A DNA stretch of 64,000 bases, taken from NCBI GenBank assembly GCA_963813155.1, contig CAWEYG010000001.1:192001-256000 (forward strand), in the 5' to 3' direction. Below are positions 19,337 to 28,091 of this stretch, in pieces. Both the position numbers and the translations under genes were made by a program. The notes beneath the pieces are model-generated. The model made no database searches. It saw nothing but the letters and a program-made list of their open reading frames with translations, and was not told the DNA's origin. Positions within the stretch are counted from its first letter, which is position 1. Every line of letters starts with the position of its first letter. Source of the stretch: an uncultured Acidobacteriota bacterium (GTDB lineage: Bacteria; Acidobacteriota; Thermoanaerobaculia; UBA5066; DATFVB01).

Positions 19337-21859
19337 TCATCCTTTCGAAATGCTCATCAGCATGAAGGTCATGTCGTCGTATTGCTCGGCATCCGCCACG
19401 TGCGCGCGCACGTCCGCAAGGATACCGCGGGCCGTCTCCTCCAGGTTCGGGGAGGAGTGCTTCGCGAAGGACTGCATCAGGCGATCCTCCCCGTACGGAT
19501 TCATCTCCGCGTCCATGGCCTCGGTAAACCCGTCCGTGTAGAAGAAGAGGACGTCCCCGTGCCTCAGGTAGACCTCGCGCGTGTCGTAGGGAACCTCCCG
19601 AAGCGCGCCCAGGGGAAGGCGAAATTCGGGCGGCTCGAGCTGCCGGGGGCCGCCGTCTCCCGTTCGCAGCAGAAACGGCAGGGGTTGCCCGCCGATCGCG
19701 TACTTGAGCGTCAGCGATTCGATGTCGAGCAGGAAGTATCCAAGCGCGACGAACATCTTCCTCTTGATGTCGTAGATGCGCCGGTTCGACTCGCGGAACA
19801 GGGCCCCGGGGTCCTCGGTGTTGCGCGATCCCGCGTAGATGATCTCCCGCGAGGCGACCATGAGCAGCGAGGCCGGGATCGACTTCCCCGACACGTCGCC
19901 CATGACGAATCCGAGGCGCGCGCCGTTCTGAAACGGGAAAAAATCGTAGAAATCGCCCCCGACGACCTTCGCCGGCAGGCTCCCTCCCGAGAACCTCACT
20001 CCCGGGATCTTCGGAAACTCCTTGGGAAAGAGGCTCGTCTGGATGTCCCGGGCGATTTCCAGGTCGCGCCGGAATTCCGCCTGCTGGGTCATCTCGTCGT
20101 GGAGCGAGGCCGTCTCGATCGCCGTCGCCGCGTGATTGGCCAGAGTCTCCAGCACGAGAAAATCGTCCGGGTCGAAGGCTTCCTCGGAGAGCTTGCCTTT
20201 CAGGGCGAAAAAGCCCATCAGGCGATCGCGATAGATGATCGGAACGAGGAGCGTCACTCCCCGGCGCGCGATCGAGTCGAGAAACGCGACGCTGTCGGGC
20301 TCTCCCCAGCACCCCGATTTCAGCTCCGGGATGCCGCGGGGTCTCGCCGAACCCTGAAGAAAACGCGAGACGAGCGAACGGGCCGGCACTCTCTGGTCCC
20401 GGTCCTCCCTTCCGAAAAAATGCCCGTCGCGGTCGCGAAGAAAGAGCTCGACGCCGGATAGCCGCAGAAGCGAAAGGATCCGAGCGGTCAGGTAATCCGA
20501 GACGCGCGCGAGGTCGAGCTCGCCGGCGACCGCTTCCGAGATTTCGAGCATCGCTTTCTGGTAGTCGTACTTCTCGCGGAAGAAAAGCCGGTCGATGGGA
20601 TTCTGCAGCCTGCGCCGGAGGAACTCGAACGTCGGGATGACGACGAGGAACACCCCGAAGAGAAAAAGCCGGGACGAAGCCAGGCGCGAATTCGCGAACA
20701 GCGCGTTGGCGGCGGAAAGGGCGCCGGCGTAGAAAGCGAAAAGAATTGCGGTCGAAAACGTGTAGAGCAGGGACTTCCGGACGATCACGCGAACGTTGAG
20801 AATCTGGAATCGGACGATCGCGTACGCAAAAGTCAGCGGGATCAGGACCATCGGGGCGATCCCGTAGAACACGTAGGCGTCGTTGTGCAGCGCCGTCGGA
20901 AACACGATCCCGAAGAGGACGAACGGCGCGGTGCCGAGAATCGTTCCGACGAAGACCTGCATCACCTGGCGCCGCTCGCGCGGATTCTCGAGCGTGAAAG
21001 CGGAATGGGCGAGGGCCGCGAGGCCGAGGACCAGGTAGTCGCCGAGAAGCACCCAGGAGGCCAGCGGCGCTCCGGAGAGCAGTTTCACCGGACGCCCTTC
21101 CATCTGGCGCTGAACGTCGAAGATGAACACGACGGGAGGAATCGCGTAAATCAGGAAGTACAGGAGCGGACTTCCGTTCAGGAAGTCCTGGAGCCTTCGC
21201 GCGATCGAGCCGGCGCGGTCCTCCTCCGCGAATCGAAACTGGTTCTGTCGCGGGAAAATCAGGAAGAAGTGGAGAAACGCCGCGGGCAGGAGAAACAGGG
21301 AGATCGTGCCCGTGTTCTGGACGAAGAGGTCGACCCACCAGTAGGAGGCGGGCCTCAGCCGGCAAACGAAGAACAGGAGGAAGAGAACGCAAACGACGAA
21401 GAAGACCCGGACGGCTCCGTCGTCCGGCCGTTTCCAGAACACGAACAGCCCGATCGCGAAAAAGAGAAACCCGATGATCGCTTCGTAGAAGTAGGTGGGG
21501 TCCGCGAGGATACGTCCCGTCAGCGCGACGTCCACGACGAACGGCGCGTTGCGTCCGCGTTCCACCATGTAGGAGACCCGGGAGCCGATCCGGGACTTCA
21601 ACAGCTCCCGTCTCGCGTCGGCCGGCCCGCGCACCATCCGGTGGTTGATGCCGAGAATCCGGTCTCCGGCGAGGATGCCCGCCTTCTCGGCGCCCGAACC
21701 CCGAAGGACCTCGCGAACCTCGACGGCATCCTGACCGTACGGGTTCGGGACGACGCCGTCGGCGGGCCGCCGAACGAACATGTCGGCGAGCGAGCCCAGG
21801 GCGATTGCCAAACCCACGAAGCCGAAGATCAGGAGTGCTCGCCGGGACCCAAAGTTCAT
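19337..21859 (-). CDS. PDZ + multi-TM + GAF + SpoIIE/PP2C membrane sensor phosphatase
   Basis: PDZ-like (GSGAEKAGILAGDRIL); many TM helices; VGGDFYDF, GDVSGK, YTDGFTEA, DDMT. Confidence 0.88.
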   Translation of the reverse strand: MNFGSRRALLIFGFVGLAIALGSLADMFVRRPADGVVPNPYGQDAVEVREVLRGSGAEKAGILAGDRILGINHRMVRGPADARRELLKSRIGSRVSYMVERGRNAPFVVDVALTGRILADPTYFYEAIIGFLFFAIGLFVFWKRPDDGAVRVFFVVCVLFLLFFVCRLRPASYWWVDLFVQNTGTISLFLLPAAFLHFFLIFPRQNQFRFAEEDRAGSIARRLQDFLNGSPLLYFLIYAIPPVVFIFDVQRQMEGRPVKLLSGAPLASWVLLGDYLVLGLAALAHSAFTLENPRERRQVMQVFVGTILGTAPFVLFGIVFPTALHNDAYVFYGIAPMVLIPLTFAYAIVRFQILNVRVIVRKSLLYTFSTAILFAFYAGALSAANALFANSRLASSRLFLFGVFLVVIPTFEFLRRRLQNPIDRLFFREKYDYQKAMLEISEAVAGELDLARVSDYLTARILSLLRLSGVELFLRDRDGHFFGREDRDQRVPARSLVSRFLQGSARPRGIPELKSGCWGEPDSVAFLDSIARRGVTLLVPIIYRDRLMGFFALKGKLSEEAFDPDDFLVLETLANHAATAIETASLHDEMTQQAEFRRDLEIARDIQTSLFPKEFPKIPGVRFSGGSLPAKVVGGDFYDFFPFQNGARLGFVMGDVSGKSIPASLLMVASREIIYAGSRNTEDPGALFRESNRRIYDIKRKMFVALGYFLLDIESLTLKYAIGGQPLPFLLRTGDGGPRQLEPPEFRLPLGALREVPYDTREVYLRHGDVLFFYTDGFTEAMDAEMNPYGEDRLMQSFAKHSSPNLEETARGILADVRAHVADAEQYDDMTFMLMSISKG

Positions 21860-21950
21860 CAAACTGAATGAATTATACGGATCGTCCGAGAAATGGTTCA
21901 AACCCTTGTGGGTGCCGGAGGGTGCGGATAGAGTCCCGGGCGGGAGACCG

Positions 21951-22572
21951 ATGCCGCTCATCACGTTCGAAGGAATCGAAGGCTCCGGAAAGTCGACGCA
22001 GTCCCGGCGCGCGGCGTCGCTCTTTCGAAGCCGGGCCGCGGAAGTGCTGCTGGAGAGAGAGCCCGGAGGAACGCGGATCGGCTCCGCGATCCGGGAAATC
22101 CTTCTCGATCCGGCGAACCGTCACCTCGATCCGATCGCGGAGTTGATGCTCCTGGAAGCCGACCGCCGCCAGCACGTCGCCGAGACTCTCGCTCCCGCCC
22201 TCGCCCGGGGAGCGCTCGTTCTCTGCGACCGCTTCAGCGACGCGACGTTCGCGTACCAGGGAGGAGGCCGCGGAATCGATCCCGCCCTGCTTTCCCGAAT
22301 CGACGGGTGGAGCGTCGGAAATCTCCGCCCGGACCGGACTCTCCTTTTCGACTGCCCCGCGGAGGTGGGTCTCGCTCGCGCCCGGGAGCGCGACGGCGGC
22401 CGGAGCGGATCGGTTCGAAGCCGAGGAGGAGGATTTCCACCGGCGGGTGCGGGATGCCTACCTCGAAATCGCGCGGCGGGAACCCCTCCGGGTCCGCGTC
22501 CTGGATTCGACCCGGTCTCCCGAAGAAGTCTTCGGGGACGTGGAGCGCGAGATCTCCGGACTGCTCGGCTGA
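21951..22572 (+). CDS. tmk: Thymidylate kinase (frameshift near 22410)
   Basis: ITFEGIEGSGKSTQ, REPGGT, LCDRF, AYQGGGRG. Confidence 0.93.
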
Positions 22573-22573
22573 C

Positions 22574-23446
22574 GTGCGCACCCTCCTGATCTCCGGCGAT
22601 TCTCCCGCCCTGCTGCGCCAGGAGGCTCTCGCGACCGCAAGACGCCTTCTCTGCCCCGAACATCGGGAAGACTCCTGCTCCGTCTGCCGGCGCATCGCGG
22701 ACGGTTCGCATCCGGACTTTCTTCGGGTGGGCCCCGACGGCCCGCAGATCAAGGTCGAAGACGTGCGCGATGCCGTTCGATTTGCGTCGGGGCGCCCCTA
22801 CGAAGGCCCCGCGCGGATGATCTGGATCGACGGGGCCGACGCGCTCCGGGACGCCGGCGCGAACGCCCTCTTGAAATCGCTCGAAGAACCGGGGGAGTCG
22901 GTCCAGTGGCTGCTCACGGCGACGGCGCCCGAATCGATCCTTGCGACGATCCGTTCCCGCTGCGTGCACCGCCGGCTCTCGCCCCGAAGACCTTCGGATC
23001 TCGCGGCGGCTTTCGAAGCGGACGGCCTCGCGCCGTCCGACGCGCGCGACGCGGTCGCCTTCGGGCTCGAACCGGGGGAGCCCGCCGACCTCGACGCGGC
23101 GAGGGAGCGCCGCCGCCTCGTCCTGGGCGCTCTCGGGAACGGGTCCGTGACCGCGCTGCTCTCGCTCGCGGCCGCGTCCGCGGAAGACGATTTCGCCCCC
23201 GGCCTCGTCGCCTCGGTCCTCCGGGACGCGGCCATTCTCGCCTCGGGGGCCTCTTCCGACCGGCTTCGCCACGTCGGCGCCGCCTCCGAGCTCGCCCGAG
23301 TCGCGGCGCTCTACCGTCCCGAAGCGCTCCAGGAAGCCGCTCGGGAGGCGGACGCCCTTCCGGACGCCTTCCAGCGCAGCCGCCAGAAGAGGCTGGGCTT
23401 CGAAAAATTGTTTCTCAGGCTGAGCGAAGGAAAGGCCGAGAAATAA
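22574..23446 (+). CDS. holB: DNA polymerase III delta' subunit (divergent)
   Basis: CSVC...HPDF, IKVEDVR, ANALLKSLEEP, TIRSRC; follows tmk. Confidence 0.85.
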   Translation: MRTLLISGDSPALLRQEALATARRLLCPEHREDSCSVCRRIADGSHPDFLRVGPDGPQIKVEDVRDAVRFASGRPYEGPARMIWIDGADALRDAGANALLKSLEEPGESVQWLLTATAPESILATIRSRCVHRRLSPRRPSDLAAAFEADGLAPSDARDAVAFGLEPGEPADLDAARERRRLVLGALGNGSVTALLSLAAASAEDDFAPGLVASVLRDAAILASGASSDRLRHVGAASELARVAALYRPEALQEAAREADALPDAFQRSRQKRLGFEKLFLRLSEGKAEK

Positions 23447-23588
23447 TCGGGGGGAGGAGGCGAACACGGGGTTGAGAAGGAGGATGTCGGAAGAGCGCGG
23501 AACTTAGAACGCTAAGAGCGAATCGGTGACAGCTTGGATGCATCGGACGCCCGCCTTCACAACCTCCCCCCGAAACCATTTCTCGGAC
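23436..23588 (-). ncRNA. Candidate ~150 nt rod-shaped structured RNA (6S-like or unknown)
   Basis: Ends pair: CCGAGAAAU..UCGGGGGGAGG with CCUCCCCCCGA..AUUUCUCGG; inner stems; extended -10 promoter just upstream. Confidence 0.55.
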
Positions 23589-23594
23589 TCGGGG

Positions 23595-23603
23595 ATTATA
23601 CCA
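23595..23603 (-). promoter_or_regulatory. Extended -10 sigma70 promoter
   Basis: Minus strand TGGTATAAT (TGnTATAAT), about 8 nt before the start of the paired RNA. Confidence 0.65.
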
Positions 23604-23606
23604 CGA

Positions 23607-24620
23607 TTATTTTCTCAATCGCACCCTCACCCGGGCGCTTCTCCGGGCGGGCGCCATGATCTCCACCGTCGTCTCGCGGTATCCCGGGCACGTCACGGTG
23701 ACGCGGTGCTCGCCGGCCTCCACCGCGAAGCCTTCGGACATCGCGTCGAGCTCCCTTGCTCCTCCGGCAAACCGGCCGTCGACGTAGACCGCCGCCTCTT
23801 CGGGATCGATTTCGAAGGAAAGCCGCGAGTCGGAAACCGCCGGACTCTCGGTGGGCGGCTCGGGAGCGGTCGCCCCGGGAGCGTCTTCGTCGGTCTCCAC
23901 TTCCTCGCTGTCACCCCGATACGGTTCCGGCTGGCGCGCGCGAGGAGGGGCATCCCTGTCCGGAGAATTCGGGGACGCCACTTCCAGGCGATCGCCCCGT
24001 TTTCGGAAGAAGCGGACCACGCCCCCTTCCGGCCGCGCGGGCTCGTAGGTGCCGTGATGTTTCGCTCCCGGAATCTTCTTCAAGTGCTCGTTGATCCGAA
24101 ACGACAGGCCCGGCTCGGCCTCGACCTCGGTCGTATAGGTCTCGTACCCGTCGAGCCGGAATTCGAGCCGGTAATGACCGCGCCCGAGATAGAGCTTGTC
24201 GGGATAGCCGTCGAAATCGTCCGCGGTCCCGATCAGCCTTCCGTCCAGGTACAAGGCCGCCTCGTCCGGCTCGACGTCGGTCTTCACGGCCGTCCACCGC
24301 GAGGGGGCCGCATATCGGTAGGGGTATGGGTTTGGATACGGATAGGCGTAGGGGTAATAGCCGTATCCTCCCCACCACGGGGAATACCAGCCCCACCCTC
24401 CCCCGACGAACACGCGACCGCCTCCGCCGTGAAATCCGCCGCCTCCATGCGATCCGCCCGAATGATCGGCCCGGGCCACGCGGCCCGACGAATGAGACCC
24501 GTGAGACGCGCTCGACCTCGACGTCGCCGCCGAGGCCGGGCGGGAAGCGATCAGGACCGCAAAGGCGACGCCAAGAGCGAGGCGCGAAATCGAACGAAAG
24601 GAAACTCGCATTCTCGACAT
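23607..24620 (-). CDS. Secreted PEGA-domain protein with Gly/Tyr/Pro-rich low-complexity region
   Basis: Signal peptide; two PEGA-like units (VEPDEAALYLDG; IDPEEAAVYVDG...GEHRVTV); GGAGG SD. Confidence 0.82.
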   Translation of the reverse strand: MSRMRVSFRSISRLALGVAFAVLIASRPASAATSRSSASHGSHSSGRVARADHSGGSHGGGGFHGGGGRVFVGGGWGWYSPWWGGYGYYPYAYPYPNPYPYRYAAPSRWTAVKTDVEPDEAALYLDGRLIGTADDFDGYPDKLYLGRGHYRLEFRLDGYETYTTEVEAEPGLSFRINEHLKKIPGAKHHGTYEPARPEGGVVRFFRKRGDRLEVASPNSPDRDAPPRARQPEPYRGDSEEVETDEDAPGATAPEPPTESPAVSDSRLSFEIDPEEAAVYVDGRFAGGARELDAMSEGFAVEAGEHRVTVTCPGYRETTVEIMAPARRSARVRVRLRK

Positions 24621-24645
24621 TTCAAACCTCCGTGGAAACAACAGA

Positions 24646-24660
24646 GCAATTTCGCGACCA
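24646..24660 (-). promoter_or_regulatory. Candidate sigma54 promoter for the PEGA gene
   Basis: Minus strand TGGTCGCGAAATTGC (GG-N10-GC, TTGC). Confidence 0.65.
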
Positions 24661-24769
24661 CCTGCCTTCCGACCGAGTCTCGAAAAGCCCCAAATGATTG
24701 AGCGGCTTGGCGCTGCGGGTCCGCAGGGGGGTGGATGCGATGACCTCCGTTTGGGTCAACTCGTCCCCT

Positions 24770-25678
24770 TCATGGGGCATCGGCAAGGGCGCCCTTGAGG
24801 CCCCGCAGGTAGTCCGCCCGCAGCACCCGATCGATCGCGCGGCGGCCGCCCGGGATCTCCCAGCGCTCGCACATGCCGGCCCAGAAGCGCAGGGGCAGAG
24901 AGACGCCCGTACTCTCGACCCGGGCGGAGCTCACTCCGAGAAAGTCCGCGAGCTCGGGGTGCTTACGATAGAAGATCGCCGCCGCGCGGCCGGAGCGCTC
25001 CTGCCGCCGACGGAAGGAATCGAACGTGATCGCGTGGTGGTGCCGGACGACGGCGCCCGGCCGATAGACGATCACGTACCCGCTCTGCGACAGGCGATAG
25101 GAGAGCTCGATGTCTTCCCAGGCGGCGTCGGGAAACGTCGTGTCGAAGAGCCCGACCTCCAGAAGGGCCCGGCGGGGCAGCGAAATGTTCGACGTGTAGA
25201 AGAAATTGAAGGGAACGGAGTCGGGATCCTCGATCAGCTCGTAGCCGAACTGAAGGCCGTATTCGTTGATGTGATGGAGAAACGGCGTCACGCGCCGCTC
25301 CCGCGGCCAACCCGTGTACCCGAGGACCGCGACTTTTCTGCCGCCTGCCTCGCGGTGCGACCGCAGGTGCACGGCGAGGAATTCGGATTCCGGAACGGTG
25401 TCGTCTCCCAGGAAAACGACGACCTCTCCGTTCGCCGCGCGCACGCCGCGGTTCCGCGCTCCGGCCGGCCCCGTGTTCCCCTGCCTCATCACGGTGAGAT
25501 CGAAGGGCGCCGAATAGTGTTCCAGGATCTCCGGCGTTCCGTCGTTGGACCCGTCGTCGACGACGAGGACTTCGAAATCGTCCCGGGGCAGCGTCTGGCG
25601 CCCGAGCGCGTCGAGCACCCGCGAGACGGTATCCTTTCGGTTGAACGTCGGGATGACGACGGAAAGCTCCGCGCTCAC
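24770..25678 (-). CDS. Glycosyltransferase family 2
   Basis: SVVIPTFNR, VVDDGSNDGT, ARNRG, FLGDD, EDIELSYRL. Confidence 0.92.
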   Translation of the reverse strand: MSAELSVVIPTFNRKDTVSRVLDALGRQTLPRDDFEVLVVDDGSNDGTPEILEHYSAPFDLTVMRQGNTGPAGARNRGVRAANGEVVVFLGDDTVPESEFLAVHLRSHREAGGRKVAVLGYTGWPRERRVTPFLHHINEYGLQFGYELIEDPDSVPFNFFYTSNISLPRRALLEVGLFDTTFPDAAWEDIELSYRLSQSGYVIVYRPGAVVRHHHAITFDSFRRRQERSGRAAAIFYRKHPELADFLGVSSARVESTGVSLPLRFWAGMCERWEIPGGRRAIDRVLRADYLRGLKGALADAP

Positions 25679-26862
25679 CCGAGCCCCACGAAGATGTCGG
25701 CCAGGGTTCGAGGCTTCAACGACAGGAGCCGGGGACGAATCTCCTCGAAGAACCGCGAGGCGAGAAGGTCGTCCCCCGGGTACGTGGGGACGACCGCGGC
25801 CGGAAATTGCGAAAAAATCTCGCGATCCCCGCGCCGCCGGCGGGACTGGACCCATTCGCGCTTGCGTTGAAGCGCGTCGCGGCCGGCGACGATCCAGCGG
25901 AGGGCGCGCAGCTGGGCGATGGCGAGGGGGTCTTTCACGACAACGCTCTCGCCCGGCCGAATCCCGAACAGGCGCGACAGCGAAGAAGCCCACCGCTTCC
26001 TTCCCGCAGGTTCGTCGTACGGATCGCGGGACAGCTCTCCCGCGCCGGGGTCCCGCGACACCATCGCCGAGATCCGGGCGAGAAACGTCGCGAGCAGCGC
26101 CGGCAGGGCGTCCCGGAGGTGATCGGCTTCGAAATTCTTGTAGGCCGTGGCGAAGGCGTTTTTCTCGATCAGGAAGCCGCGCTTGAACACCCCGAGAGCC
26201 TCGCCCGTCGCGCCGCCCTCGTGCCGGGCCGACGCCCCGGGCTCGAAAAGGATCCGGCTTCCAAAAATCCACTGGCGCCACCCGAAGTCCACGTCCTCCA
26301 GGTAGGCGAAATAGTCGTCGTCGAATCCGCCCGTCTCCAGGAAGGCCTCGCGATCCGCCAGCATGTTCCCGCCGCACGCGAAGAGACGCTCTTCTCCGGC
26401 GGCGCCGGGAATGGCCGGAGCGCCCACGAGATCGGAAAATGCATGCCCGTCGAACGTCAGGAAACCGTCGGAGAAATCGTTTCGCTGCCCCGAAGAGTCG
26501 GTGAGACGCCCGGCGATGGCCGTCACGTCGCCCGGTTTCCGGTCCGCGGCGGAGAGGAAGCTCGGAAGCCAGCCGTCCTCGGGAACGGCGTCGTCGTTCA
26601 GAAAGATGACGCGGGGTCCCGAAGCCGCTTCGGCGCCCACCCGGCATGCCCGGGCGAAACCCAGGTTTCGATCCTGGGACAGGATACGAACCCGGGGAAA
26701 ACGCCGGGCGACTTCCGCGGAGGCCCCTTCGCGGGAGGCGTTGTCCACGAGAATCACTTCCGCGCCTTCCTTCCCGGCCTGCAGGTCGACGGGCGCCAGC
26801 GTCCGAAAGAGACGTTCCCGCCCCCGGTGGTGGACGATGACGATCGTCGCTCGCGGCGTCAG
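25675..26862 (-). CDS. Glycosyltransferase family 2 (rhamnosyltransferase-like); start uncertain
   Basis: VDNAS, NLGFA, FLNDD, GGFDDDYFAYLEDVDFGWR. Confidence 0.88.
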   Translation of the reverse strand: MTPRATIVIVHHRGRERLFRTLAPVDLQAGKEGAEVILVDNASREGASAEVARRFPRVRILSQDRNLGFARACRVGAEAASGPRVIFLNDDAVPEDGWLPSFLSAADRKPGDVTAIAGRLTDSSGQRNDFSDGFLTFDGHAFSDLVGAPAIPGAAGEERLFACGGNMLADREAFLETGGFDDDYFAYLEDVDFGWRQWIFGSRILFEPGASARHEGGATGEALGVFKRGFLIEKNAFATAYKNFEADHLRDALPALLATFLARISAMVSRDPGAGELSRDPYDEPAGRKRWASSLSRLFGIRPGESVVVKDPLAIAQLRALRWIVAGRDALQRKREWVQSRRRRGDREIFSQFPAAVVPTYPGDDLLASRFFEEIRPRLLSLKPRTLADIFVGLG

Positions 26863-28091
26863 CGCCCCCTCCGAAGAAGCCGAAACGCGGGACGAGGCCG
26901 CCGCTCGGGAAAATCGAGCCGGCTGGAGATCGACGGATGCTCGAAGAACTCGGCGAGCGGGAGCGTGACCCGGCTCCACGAGAACCCGCCCGCGAATTCG
27001 CGAGCGCGGCGGGACGCTTCCTTCCGGCGCGCCCCGTCCCGAAGGTAAGCCCGGATTGCCTCGCGAAGACCGTCCGCATCCTCAACGCAGGCGCCCGCGC
27101 CCGCCGCGGAGAGATCGCGGGCCAATCCGCCGCCTTCCAGCGAAACGGACGGAAGCCCGTAGGCGGCGGCGTCCAGAAGTCGCGTTCGAAAAGAAAGTTG
27201 CGTCTCGAGCCCCGGGCGGCAGAGACACACGGAAAGGGTCGAGGCCCCGTAGAGCTCGCCGCGACGATCGTACGGCGTCCACGGCAGGAAGAAGACCGAG
27301 CGCTCCGCCCAGCCGCGCCGCCGGGCGGCCGAAACCGCAGAATCGTAGACGCTCTGGGGCGTGCTCTCGCGATTGGGGTTCTCGCAGAAAATCAGTCGAA
27401 TCGACGGGAACTCCTCGAGAAGCGCCGGCCAGATCTGAAAGAGCGGCTCGGGGTCGTGCCAGTCGTAGAGGCCGCCGAAATAGAGCACGGGATCGCCGTC
27501 GTTCGCGCCGATTCTCGTTCGGATCGCGTCCGGGGCCGCGAAGGGAGCGGCTTCGACCCCGAAAGGAACGACGCGAACGAGGGAGCTTGCCTCCCGGTCC
27601 TGTTGAAAAGTCGCCCCGTTGACCCGGCCTCCCTGCAGAAGCATCCCGAGATAGAAGAGCCGCTGCTCTTCCGACGCGCAGAGGAACAGGTCCGCCCGGC
27701 AGAGGGCGAGGGCCCACGCGGCCCGATCGTTGGCCTCGACACCGTCGCCAAGCGACTCCCGGTACTGAAAATTCTCGACGAGGAAGGGATCGTACCAGTC
27801 GACGGCAACCGGCACATGGGGCGCGGCCAGGAAGAAGTAGTTCGCCGCGTGTCCCGAGACGAGCGCGGCGCGGCAATCGCGGATCTCCGAATGGAACGCC
27901 TCCGACCCGGGAGGCGCTCCGACGATCGCGACGCCTTTCGCGGCCGGAGCCTCCGCGGGATCGTTCGGAACGAGGAGGCGAACTTCGAAGCTCGCGGCTA
28001 GCGTTCGGGCGAGCTCGAGGGCGCGAATGCCCATCCCGGCCATCCGCGGGCGGATCGGCTCGGGGGCCAGCACGACGACTCTCCGATTCAC
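26859..28091 (-). CDS. Glycosyltransferase (GT-B, GT4-like)
   Basis: MAGMGIRALELA, DWYDP, GGLYDWHDP, SFRTRLLD, FSWSRV. Confidence 0.82.
   Translation of the reverse strand: MNRRVVVLAPEPIRPRMAGMGIRALELARTLAASFEVRLLVPNDPAEAPAAKGVAIVGAPPGSEAFHSEIRDCRAALVSGHAANYFFLAAPHVPVAVDWYDPFLVENFQYRESLGDGVEANDRAAWALALCRADLFLCASEEQRLFYLGMLLQGGRVNGATFQQDREASSLVRVVPFGVEAAPFAAPDAIRTRIGANDGDPVLYFGGLYDWHDPEPLFQIWPALLEEFPSIRLIFCENPNRESTPQSVYDSAVSAARRRGWAERSVFFLPWTPYDRRGELYGASTLSVCLCRPGLETQLSFRTRLLDAAAYGLPSVSLEGGGLARDLSAAGAGACVEDADGLREAIRAYLRDGARRKEASRRAREFAGGFSWSRVTLPLAEFFEHPSISSRLDFPERRPRPAFRLLRRGR

Noticed and set aside
23436-23588. tRNA, SRP RNA or tmRNA identity for the structured RNA
   Set aside because: No cloverleaf, T-loop or CCA end, no SRP helix-8 GNRA motif, and too short for tmRNA.
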